From: Lingula anatina
Taxonomy: Eukaryota > Animalia > Brachiopoda
DNA length: 64,000 bases
Reading direction: 5' to 3'
Assembly (NCBI GenBank): GCA_051362555.1
Contig: CM120642.1
Span: 868,001 to 932,000, forward strand
Positions 38,598 to 51,200 of the stretch are shown here, in pieces. The notes under the pieces were generated by a model, which saw only the letters and a program-made list of their open reading frames with translations, made no database searches and was not told the DNA's origin. Every line of letters begins with the position of its first letter. Within the stretch, counting starts at the first letter, position 1. The position numbers and the translations under genes are program-made.

Positions 38598-41500
38598 CTG
38601 GCAGTACAAATGCCGTCTGTGAATGTAACGTCGCTGTCCCGTTTGGAAACCTTCCACACTGGCCATTTAAACAACCGCTGTCTTCAAGGACAGTTAACGC
38701 TGACAAGTGTATAGCTAATTTCCCCCCTTTTAACAGAATAGGATACAGCCCTCCCACACCCTTATTTCAACTAGCTTAACATTTATACAGGCTAGAACCA
38801 AGCACAGAGGAAATGACGATACTTGACTCCCCCTGTCTACTCTTCCCTGGTTGATTCAAATAAAAACTATTCATTCCGGCTATTAAAGAAAACACTTCTT
38901 CATTTCCTCTACCATTTGGCGCAGTTTAGAGTCAGCTGAGAATTGGAAATTGTGTTTGTGCGGAGCTCGATGATTAATAGAAAGTCAGCGGGATGATACA
39001 TGTGCCCATTGTCATCTGGGTACAATTCCTGTTTTTTTCTCAGTTGTTGAAAAAATTTGGTCGATATTCTTACCATAAAATTGGTTATTTCAGTTCATTC
39101 CTGCCATTTCCAGACGCCTACGCTAGTGAACTTGTTTAAACCTAGTAAATAGCACAGAGATAGACAAACTACGAACATTCAGCGTGTTACTGGAGTTATG
39201 GAAAGGTACAGACGCGCGCGTGCGTACACATACACACGCATGCACACATACACTGTATCATAATCAGAGAAGCATGCAAGCCTCAACAGTCAGTTTTCCC
39301 ATATCTTCTATTTTTTTTTAAAAATGTCACTGGTAATAGACGGCCTGAAAAATAGCAATCATTAATCTCAAGGGTTTCTGTTATTCATAGAGGCAATTCA
39401 GCTTTCAGTAAATGGAAATCCTTCGAGTTCCTCAATCGTGTCATTTAATTAAATCGGTTTGCGTATTAAAACGTTCACATCCGTAACCATAAACCATCAC
39501 GATTTCCACAGTCATGGAGTAATCTATAGATATTATCCTCAGTTCAATAAACTGAACATCTTCTAAATCAATAAATGAATAATGAATATGCAAACACAAC
39601 AAATTCGAATTCGGAAATTGCTGATTAAGCTACATAAAATAATCTACTTTACTGGACTGATCATGCGAACTTTTAAGTCAAAAATTTAAAAATACTCGGC
39701 GTTACAATTTAAGCGTGCTTAGGAATGATAAGCGACTGTAAATTAAGGGCAGACTAGTCGATTTTCACGGGCATTAGGGAAATTTCATAAACGCCGTATC
39801 TGCAAACAGTGAAACGTTGCGTCACTGTGGACACGTTAACTTCCAGATAATTGTATTATAAATGCATAACAAAATTGGGTCTCAAGTATAGAATTGAATT
39901 TAGAAGACTGTGCTGAACAGAGCAGAGGATGACGCCACTTTTGTGGAAATATACTAGCCAGTTACTCGCACACTGTCCATATTTCTTTTTTTCCTGTTCT
40001 TTTAACTGTTTTGCTAAAAATGAAAATTGGTCATTTCGGGACAATAACCACTGCACCGCATTTTGTACGAGAGTAGAGTTAGAATTAAATATTTTTAATG
40101 AATACTTTTAGGTAAAACAGATATTTTGTTTAAACAAGTTTATGTTTCCTACCATCTGTTCGAATTAATGTATCGATCAACGTGCAGCAATTAAGCTTGG
40201 GCAGATACAGTGAAATCGAGAAGTCGTAGGAGGAGGGGGGAGGGGAGAGAAAATCGAATTGTGATTTATTGGCTTAGAGATCGTGGTATCTGTCAGCCAA
40301 AGCCGTTATCCCAAATGTCAAATGTACGACTTACAACAGTTAATTGTATAGCATTTTCCATGAACTGTATTTATAGCGAACAAAGGGTATTAAAAAGACA
40401 AATCAAATTTCGTTTAAAGCAGGAAGGTTCAGTATTTTATAAGCCAACGTAATCAGCGCTTTTATGCAGCCAACGGACTTTCAAACAAATGTCATGTTCT
40501 GATTGAGTTTTGGGGTCTTCTCCACACGTTAGAGCTGTAATGAGTTTTCTTCGAAATGTCTTTTTAGTTTGCTTGCACTCGTTCTAACGTCCCCAGTCGG
40601 ATAGTTAAACTACATTGATTATTCCTGTTTGCCTTTCGTGAACTGAAACGTAACTTAGTTACCTCACATTACGATTAATTACTGAGAGTTTTCTTGGGTT
40701 CTTTAGATATTTGTGAGGCAATTTCGTATATTTGGTTCATTTGCTGCATTACAATGACGCGCAGCAGTCAATTTTTACGAGATATTTCTTTACTCCCACT
40801 TGCTGTGGCTTACTAAGACATCTTTACTTTTTTACAATCTTGTTTTTTTTGTTGTTGTTGTTGTTTTAATATTTAGTTAACATTTTTAAAGTCCAAGTTA
40901 GAGTATTTGAGCCTTCTTTAAAATTTAATCTAAATCTTAAAATATAGGTAAATTGCTTTGCCAGTGGTCACAAATAATCTTAAATACGCCGAAAATAAGA
41001 CTGTTCAGCAGAAGCTTTTTCCTTTTCCTTTTGATAGATCTTTAAATTGATGTCTTATATCTAAAAAAACGGTCAAAATATTTTCCTTAAACCTGGACTA
41101 GCTCTGAAACTTGAGGGAAATCACTCGGATGCAAAAGGGAGAACGACAAACGCCATTTTATGCATATTCATCATGACACTTTAAATAGAGCAGAAGAAAT
41201 GTATGTTCTACACAGAATATCCTTTAAAGGCACACAATGAAAGCTAGAATTTTATAAATCAAAAATTAATTTTTCTGGAAATTTCAACAATTTCCCCTTA
41301 ATCACTTAGTTATAATCAATAAGATTAAATTCTATTTTCTCATATTTGACTTCTACGTTTGTAATTTTTATGTCACTCTTGCAGTGGACACGGAGGCTGA
41401 TGAACTTCACTCTGACTGTACTCGGAACTCAAAATCGAATTTAAAGATCGTAATTTTCTCGACACCTTTGAGTAGGATACACCTTGTCCTCAGTCAAGAT

Positions 41501-42555
41501 GATTAAGGGGGAAAATTGCTTTATTTATAAAGGTCAAACGAGCGATGCTATTGATTGTGACGGGCAACATATCCCTTTGCCTCGCTATACTAAAAGCTTT
41601 GACCAGTGAAGAGCCTATTGCCTATAGCACCGTAGGTAGTATATTTAGAAAACCAATAATTTTGACTGTTTTACCGCAAATTCGCCTGAGCATTCTATGG
41701 ATGATTTCTTGAAATAATATTTGACTATAACGGCGACCTCTTGTGGCTTTATTCGGTATCAACACACTTTTATGATTATGATAGCCACCAAGTCATAATG
41801 CGACGAGCTGGAATTGCCTGTTGTTTTTCGTGTCGATCAGCTTAAGTGTTCACCGTGAGTGTCAGCAAGCAGACAGCACAGTAGGTGTCCCGTACACTGG
41901 CGTAGAGGAGCTAGAGGTGTCTCTAGTCTGGTCTGAGAAACTGTCAGCATTTCAGCGGTTGTTGAAAGTATGAGTCATTCTCAGTTAGTGTAAGCTCTAT
42001 TGTGGGCTGGAATTGGATTGTGCAATCAATTTTTGCCATTACGTGTAACGGTGCTTCTGAAAATTAGAAATCACTGTTTTTTATATTTTACAGGGTGATA
42101 AGAACCTTTTCTAGAGGAGCGGTCAATACTTTGGATGTATACACTGCGAAGACATTGTTGCAAGCGAAACGGCATGCACGAGCGTTAACGACTCCGCTGT
42201 TGAATATTTGTTACATTCTTTGTGACGTCACTGGACGGACAGAGTAACTTATTCGTGACGTCACAATAAGACACTCAGCTATGGGCACGTGAGCATTTAT
42301 TTCACAGAACACTCAAACATTCCAAGGAAATCCAGTTGATGTATCGACGACCGATTCTCTATTTTCCCAAAGGATTTTAAACTCTATCTAGCTATTGTCA
42401 GTTCCTTGTTGTGGTACGCAACAGCAACTCGAAACAGACATCATCAACCATGTCGTCATAAACAGCGACGTCATTGTTATTACGTCAGGTGACGTCTTGG
42501 ATACCACAGAAGACAAAACTAGGCTTCTCTCTCCCGTGATCGCCGCTCTGCCACC

Positions 42556-43814
42556 ATGAAATGCGGCCGACTATATTGGGGGTGGATCATCCTCGTGGCT
42601 TCGATGGTCATACGGACATGGGTCCACGGCATTGTGGGATCCTATGGCTCGTTTTTAGTGGTCTTCAGTCATCATTTCTCCTCAACGAAGATGCTGTTAC
42701 TAGGTGAGTGGGGTTTTTAGCAAAACAAGGCGTGTTTTCTGTGGCGATAAAAAACTTTAACGATATATTTAAGCTCACCTTTCCTTGTTATATTTGATGT
42801 GTCTGCTTTACTAAATACGTAGAAAAACAATGGTGACGTTTACTAGGAACTTGTTGACATATTTCTGTACACTCATTTACAAAAAGTGAAACATAGAGAA
42901 ATTGGTTTGTATTCGGTGCATTTGCTCATTACATTACAATCATTACAATGACGCACGGCAGTCAATTTGTACGAAGTATTTCTTTACTCCCATTTGCTAT
43001 AAACAAAATGTTTAAGGCAATAATCATATCTTAAGACGGAGGTTATCATGTCAGTTATTCGGTGATGTGCCAAGGTAAGCAACATGTTCTTCAACCTATA
43101 ACGGATCAACTCATCAGTTTTGAAACTAAACACTCATTTTTAACGAATGGAATAAGCACGCTTTTTTTCTTGCACGCGAAACGGACAGTTTCGTCCACTA
43201 TCCTACAAGAAAACAACACAAAAAGACTAAGGATATGATTAAAAACAAAGTTTTATATTTACTCCAGGGTGGATAGGAGCCACAACCTACGGCCTCGTGA
43301 ACGCGGGAACACCAATTCTACTGCTTCTCTACCGCCGTATCGGAGGCATGAGGACTGCTTTTATCGGGGTCTTCGTGGCGTCCCTGGGGCTGGCGCTCTC
43401 AGGGGTCGTAGACAACCCTGTGGCTATCTTCTTCACCTACGGTGTGATGACAGGCATGGGGATGTTGCTGATAAACATTCCGCCATTTTTCTTGCTGGAT
43501 ATGTACTTCCCGTTGGACAATAAGTATCATGTGCTCACCACTAGTATGCTGATGTGTACTTTACCCTTAGGTAAGATCTGATTGGTATAGATGTGCATAT
43601 AATTTTTAACAAAACTATTCTTTGTTACCCTTTATTTGTGATGTCCGTGAAAATCTTACCCATCAGTCCCAAAGGCGGCAAGTATTCGGAGCACAGAGTT
43701 CTGCAGCCAGTGGGCCTCTTCTGGTGTCCTGGCCAGTAGGTATTGGGAGATGCGTTGATGTGGGACATTGACTCTTTTTTTATCTGCCATGGAAACTGTT
43801 TGTGATGAGGAAAG

Positions 43815-43847
<33 letters not shown>

Positions 43848-44461
43848 TTAAGTGCATTTGGTGTAACGTGCAGGATTGCGTATGTACTCCTCGTTTATTG
43901 AACCATGCTCTTCTACACTGTGTCAACAAACCTCGTTGAGCTGCAGCATGTATTATTTAGATGTAAAACTAGTTTTTCGATTATATAACTGTTAATTAAT
44001 TAAAACTGCATGTTCTAATTGTTTCTTTAATAGCACTGAGGCTGATGAGCAGTACACGTAGGACAATTTTTTAGAAATAAACATTTTAATTTTATAGTAA
44101 TAAGAACCCTAAAAACATCGCGAAAGCCATTTACATCATTTGACCATCTTAAAACATCTAGAAAGGCATAAAAATATTAAAGCTAGGCAGTCTCTCACGG
44201 ATACTGCTTGGACAATCAATACTTTTCATCACGTAACATGAGATCGTTTTCCCGTTGCAGGTTCACTGGTTTTCAACCCGATTACAAGCCGCCTTATATC
44301 TGATATTGGCTGGAAGAATACTTTTGCCTTCTACGGGGTGGCCATATTTGTTCTTGGGTGTATATCAGCAGCTACATTTAGAGTTAAAAGAGAGGATGAT
44401 ATCGCACCGGAAGATAATGAAAAGACGTCCTTAACGGGTACGCTATCTTTATTATTGATAA

Positions 44462-44502
<41 letters not shown>

Positions 44503-46403
44503 AGCAACTGATAGGGAAATGCAGTTTCATTTTTTGATTTTACATAATTTCCCAAAACATGAATCGATATAATATAACATTCTGAATTCAAAATTTAGTT
44601 TCATTCGCCTTGGTAATTTTCAGCTCATTGCATTAGCTTACTTACTTATACAGTAATTTTGTTTGGTGTGACGGCATTTGTGTTTGGTGTGTTGAGACTA
44701 TTTCTATACAGTTAACTTACTTACTTCTATACCTTCGTGGCATATCACACGCAAAGAAAAAACTATACCGTTATGATTTCAGAAATGATGTTGTAATATC
44801 AAATTAATCGGATAGTTGAGGAATACAAGGGCTTATTATTAAGGATAATATGATTTATTTTCAGACGCGGAAGATGGTATAATTAAACCAAAGGAAGAGC
44901 CAGAAATCAGCAAAAAAGTACTTATTTTCCTTAGTATAATTTGGTTTTTTTGCAAACTTGCCAAAGCGACTGCTTATTTTGGACCATTGTTTATTATGGT
45001 AAGTTAGTTTTATGAACGTATAACACTCTATTTTGAAAAAAAATGTCCTTTTTGCTTTCACGTTTTTAATTTGTAAATGTAACACTTTAAAAATATAAAA
45101 ATACAAGTTTTCCCCTGGTTTCGTATTTTTATTTGACCATAGTATCAACTGTTTAACTATTTTGTCTTACAATACCATTCTGTCTGTTTTCTAGGTAAAG
45201 CACTTAGAAACTTTAGGCTACACACGTGACCAAGGTGCTGTTGCCATGACAATCATTTCAAGCTCTGAACTTTTTGGTCGTTTGGTAACTTGCGTGTTCG
45301 GAGATAAATACGCCAAAGGAAAATTCATTTACTTGTACGCCATATGTACGTTCCTGCTAGCGATAGAGAACTTTGGAGCAATATTTGCTACCACCTATAA
45401 TCAAGTTGTAATGTTTGGAGTAGGTAAGTCAACGGACCATTTCCTCTTCATGACTACTCTCTCTCTTTTTTTTTTTTACAACCCCGTCCTCCGACTACAT
45501 CTTCCGAACCGGAAAACTAAGTCAACATTTTTCCATTCGAAGAAATCGTCCGATCCTGTTGCTGAAATACTTGTATTAATGGTTAATGTCAGTGTATTTC
45601 TAAAACAATCACTCCAAGTCTGAAGTTGCACGTCTCTAGGAAATATCATTTCTTACAAATCGTTTAAATTTCACCAATTTCATTACATTATTCTATTAAC
45701 TAGCCGCAGGTCTAACAGGAGGTCCGGTAGTGGCCGGGGTGTTCACCACGTGTGCAGAGGTCCTAGATGGCCCCTTCGTCCACGAGCTGTTCACTATATG
45801 TCGGGTAGGACTGGGAAGTGGGATGATCTTAAGTGCCTTGATAGCAGGTGAGTGAGGGGGATTAGTGACCATGTTCTTGAAATGTATTTTAGAACGTATT
45901 TTAGAGTCTTTTTATATCTATCAAAGGCTAATTTTAGTATTACAAATGTTATATCCAACTTTTACTTAGAATAAGTGTAAAGAAATAAAGTATAATTAAA
46001 GGAAAATTCAGTGATTAAAAATTGCTAAACGGAGAAGTGTGTTATTGTGTGTGTGTGTATGTGTGTGTGTGTGAGTGTGTGTGAGTGTGTGTGTGAGAGA
46101 GAGAGAGAGAGGGGGGGGGGGGGGGTGGATTATTGGCCCTAATGTTAACTCATTCATTTTCTTTCTCTAGGTGCGATATACGACACGTACGGGTCCTATC
46201 ACTACGTGTTCGCGGCTAACGTGGGTATATTTCTGCTCAGCAGTTTACTCTACTCCAGTATAGCTCTGTTTAGGAACTTCTTCATTAGAAAACAGAGTAA
46301 TAAGTTACTGGAGCAGGCCATGCACAAAATGAACTATGGCGGCCAGGATGTGTCTGAGCCTCCCTTGCCTGGGAAAGAGGAGGAAGCAAAAGAAGACTGG
46401 TAA
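42556..46403 (+). CDS. Monocarboxylate transporter family (SLC16/MCT-like) MFS transporter, about 455 aa
   Basis: The ATG is in GCCACCATG context. Exons: 42556-42703, 43268-43570, 44261-44437, 44865-44998, 45195-45423, 45704 (or 45710)-45847, 46171-46403 (1368 nt, phases consistent). Motifs WGWIILVAS, GWIG, TYGVMTGMG, YF, IGWKNTF and GAIYDTYGSYHYVF are typical of SLC16, with multiple hydrophobic segments. Confidence 0.9.
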
Positions 46404-49400
46404 CGGGACGCAGCAATATTGTTCATTTAACTACAGTGACCTACACGGGGGCTGACATTTGACCTGATAATGCTTTAATTTCATGGAATAAAAATATTTG
46501 GATGTTATATGAATTAAGACTAGAGGTTGTCGTAGGATGCTTTTTGTGATTTTTTACTAAGTGAAATGTGGAAAAAGAAAAAAGGTTATTTTATGATAAA
46601 TGCTCAGAGTAGCACTTTTTTTAGGGCACTTCTGATGAATTGAGACAGATATCAATATAAAAGGTATCGTGATGTGCAATAACTGAAATGTTCGATATTA
46701 GATGTATGTGTGTTCTTTTCCTTTTTCGTTTTGCTTCTTTGTCATTGGTTAATATCTCTACCTAGATATTTTTGATATTGCTCAAACTAGGCAAAATAAG
46801 AGGTTAATAACATCCAATAGTCTCTGTTTTATGAAAAGGCTGGTGTTAAAATGCTATTTATGAACACAGCTACTTATCCAGGACCAGAATTTTAATTTGA
46901 TATCTTGAAATCCTTAGTACTTGATTTAGAAATGCTTTAACACTAGTACACAGGGACTAACATTTAAATCGCTTTCAGCAATTGTGTTCTTGATATTTTT
47001 TTAAGTTTAAAAACTTTCCTGCAGTTGGAAGAACAATAGTGTCATTTCTAGGTATGAGATGTGTTTGTGTGAGTGCGTGTTTCTATGTTTATGTGTGTGT
47101 GTCTGCGAGAGAGAGAGAGAGAAAGAGACAGAGAGAGGAAGAGAAAGGTGTCCTCTCATTGTTCAACAGTTTAAATCAGTGGCTGCCAGTGTAAGCTATC
47201 ACTTTTTTTCAAATACAGAGTATGGCCACTTGCTGTCACAACTCGCGTATGATATTCAGTAAGTTAAATATATTTCAAGATCTGTGCTTCTTTTTTTTTT
47301 AATTTGTCGTGAGCTTTAACATTACAGGTTTAAATTGATATTGTGGCAAGAAATTGTTCTTTGTACTTAAAAGAGCAATTATCTTTCAAGTCATGTATTA
47401 AAGGTTCAACAAACATCCGCGATACTTATTGACTCATTCGAAGTTAAAGTTTGAAATGTTTTGTTCAGTACCCATTTCGTTCTTAAAGAGTGGTTGTTTT
47501 TACCCTTTTTCTCCTAATTTAAGATTTTCTAGTATTTTTGATCGTTTGTGATCCATTATTAATGTTTTGATGAGTTAAAATTGGAACAAACTTGGTTTAT
47601 ACATTTTAAGTATCGCAGTACAAACTTTTTAACAAATATTGCTGTTATGTTAGGTGGAGTTCACTATACTTGATTCATTAAATTTTTCCAAAGGGAGGGA
47701 AAATCATTCATATATAGACAGAATGCGTCATACGCCTTTCCTTATTCTATTGGTTTAGTTTATTTAGAAATCGCAGTTGAAAGTTTTGTTTGTTTTAAAT
47801 CTTACAACACGTAACATTTTTTATTCAGATACGACTATATGTGATAAATGAATAAAATTCATTTTTGCTAATTAACTTGTGTTATGTCTGTACTCTGTGT
47901 AAATGTGTTAGTAATGACAGTTACTGTCTATCCCCGTACTCATTATAAATCACTGTATTAACATGACAATAAACAGGTGAACGAACTACATCTGTCGCAA
48001 CCAATGACCTTCCAGTAGTGTGGAGTGGGCACAGTATTAGGTCTTGGTGTATTCTACAATTAACGGGGTTTAGGACACGTGTAAAATTGATAAAATAATC
48101 TGTTGCAGTCAAGAGCTTGTGCACAGAAATGTTGAATCTTATCGATCAATATATAAAATTATATACGGCCTTTCTTGTGAGAATGATTTCAACAGAATCT
48201 TCTACCTCAAAATGCGCCACACCTGACAGGCTGTTGTCATTTGCATAACAATAAATTGCTCGTCGCAGCGCGAGCTGTCCTTCAGAGTAGTCAGTTGACA
48301 GCTGGACCCTGTAAGATGAGGACGCAGGACGGGTGTGGTGAAGTTGAAAGGCCAAGCGTGTAACTCGGCGTGGAAGGAAACTCGTCTTGTAAGTAACATT
48401 ATTACCACAAACATTTAGAAGCGAAAAGAAGTTAAGCCCAAAGTGCATAACTCAATATGTGCTGTGTAAAGAAGGGTCATTCCTGATAAAGGTGACTCCC
48501 TAGTCGCATAAGTGACACACGCATTGTGAATAATATGTTTAACTGTTCGACCACATTCTTTAATTCTGTTGCTTTCTTTCCATTACGGAGTGCACTATAG
48601 TTTAAAACGGCAACAAAAATGGTGTAAGGCAGATTCACACTTTGGTGCCCAGATGCCGCCATTTCAATACCCCAGACCCACCGTGTATAAACCGGCCACC
48701 AGAACCAATTTGTATTCCTTAAAATCCTTAACTATTCAAAAGGAGGGTTCTTTTTCTGAAAAACTGGACCTTTTACCATGAAACTGTCGTGTACCTAAAT
48801 AAAAAAAATTTACCAGAGGAGATCTTTTGCCGGCAGAAAAGGGGGTCTTTTAAGACCCACGACCCCCCTGGCTACGGGCCTGCTATTTGGAGCTTGATGT
48901 ATCAGCTAACTTCTCAGGCACCTTCATTAAAAAATGGTTGCACAAAGTTGACAGATTGCCATCCTATGTTCCCTATTTCGACAGCTGCCATATTCAAGGT
49001 ACCGATCCTCCCCCTCCCCCCCGGCGGTGTACTACTTCCCCTATATTATGTTCGATTTTTTCGTTTTGTTGAGCCTCCGTGCAATGTTTTCAACACCACA
49101 AATCTGTAAGTTTTTTTTCTAAGTTCACATTCTGTTGCTCTGGGATATTGCATGATATCATCTTTTTACCTAATTTTTTATATTTCAGGACAATCTTCTT
49201 TGCCGAGATCCTACAAAATGCACGTGCTCCTGATGGAAGCTTGTCTGGTTTTCTGCCTGTATTTTGGAACCGGATACAGATACATGCACACGCTATATGG
49301 TGAAAATTGTACATGTATTTATTGATTTATCATTATTTTTCTTTCAAATTTTACCTTAGAACAAGGTCGGATTTAACAGATTTTATGCAAAACTGGTTCA

Positions 49401-50879
49401 TTTCTGTTTTTATTAATAGCTGCTATACATTAGTTATGCAAATCTCAATTTCTGAAGTGCTTGCATATCACAACTTTTAAACGTGAAGATAAAAGTACAT
49501 TTTTCACCATATCACTTGTTGACAGCTGAGTAAGATTGCTTGTTTACGTTGTGCTAGTCAATTTTGTTATTTTCATAATTGTCAATGTTATGAGGTGACA
49601 CGTGTGAACACGAATAATTTTGCTTGAATAAATGCGTTTCTTTCGGTAGTTTCTTTATTTCATCTAAAAGATCCAATTGCAAAAAGTAGTATTAATATGA
49701 ATTGTATATTCAGAACCTGCTATATACTCTATCTGAACTTTTGCTTTTTTAATTAAAATGTTTACTAATTAAAATCTTGTACAAGATGACAATAGCACTC
49801 GATGTCTCCAAGATGACTGCCCAGTTTATTCTTCCCGTTCATATTAAAAACTTGACATCTCCCCTTGGTTTATTCTTCACAACACAATAAATGCTATAAC
49901 CGCACAACCCTTTTTTCTTTTATGTAAATCGGAACCATTTTATAAACTGTTTTCTGAAAAAAAACCCTAATGTTATTCAAATCCCTTTTGCAGAGTGAGA
50001 AAGTTTATTCCTAGATTTTGACGCTAAACAACTATTTCAACTCGTGTACGTGTCATCTCCCCCACATGCGAAACCTAAAATCAAAAATAGAATGGGATGG
50101 AGCATAATTTTTCAAATCTACGAATGCACACTGTTCTGTTTTCGGAGAATCTTATTTTTTTTTCCATTATTCGAGTACACAAAACTTTGTCTGACTTGAC
50201 CTATATTGCTTTCTCAATATTATTGAATTTTAATTATATGTTAAATGTAAGAATCTGATAAAAGAAATAGAATACTTTTAAAAAATGTCCTACATTCCAC
50301 AGTCTCCATTGATTCATTAAAATCTTTCTCCTTCTTTCAAGTGTTCAAACCTTGAACAGCCCACATTTCTGAAAAATTCAATATATATCACAGTTATGAA
50401 GAGCAATATCTTGTGTATTATCCTTGACCTCGAGCCTAAACCATTCAAGTTTGTTAAATAGTTTGCGAGTGGACATTGTGATTAAGTTAAAGTTAATGTT
50501 GAAAAATCAGGTTTAGCTTGTCTGACCAAATCTATATATATATTTTTTTTCTTTTTTTTTGTAAAATACTAATCGGCTACATTTAAGGTGCATACACAAA
50601 ACGCTTGTATTTAGTTATCATATTAATGCCTTGTTTTAAAATACATGTTCATTTGCAGAATTTTATATAGCATTTTTCTATCATCTTTTTTTTTTCATTA
50701 TGTTCACCATGTATTTCTGTGATTGTAGTTTTGGCATAATAAAAACGTATTATAAATGAATTTTAGTTTGTCATGAGTAAAAATTATAGATCTACGACTG
50801 CATTGCTGTGTGTTTATTTGGGGTATGACAGCTTGGACACGTCCATGTAATGGGATAACAGGGTGAATGAATCCATTCT

Positions 50880-51200
50880 GGGAAAGTCCATTCCATTCAA
50901 GGGGTGACAGGTGGGGAGAGTCCATTGCCCTTAAGGGGTGGCAGGTGGGAAGAGTCCATTCCCTTAAAGGAGTGGCAGGTGGGAAGAGTTCATTCCCATC
51001 AAGGGGTGACAGGTGGGGAAAGTCCATTCCCACCAAGGGGTGACAGGTGGGGAGAGTCCATTCCCATCGAGGGGTGACAGGTGGGACGAGTTTATTCCTT
51101 TTCAGGGGTGACCAGGGAGACGAGTCCATTCTATTCGGGGATGACAGGTGGGATGAGTTCAATCGATTTGAGGGGTGACAGGTGGGTCAAGTCCATTTGA
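50880..51200. repeat. ~37-bp G-rich minisatellite, about 9 degenerate copies
   Basis: Unit approximately AGGGGTGACAGGTGGGGAGAGTCCATTCCCATCA. Confidence 0.9.

Noticed and set aside
42392-42559. Open frame ending ...AALPP-stop over the MCT ATG, suggesting a frameshifted PPDGGWGW motif
   Set aside because: That frame has no ATG after the stop at 42389, and the ATG at 42556 has an ideal Kozak context and gives a complete transporter.
50704-51162. 152-aa minus-strand ORF
   Set aside because: It lies over the G-rich minisatellite and shows no protein-like features beyond the repeat.
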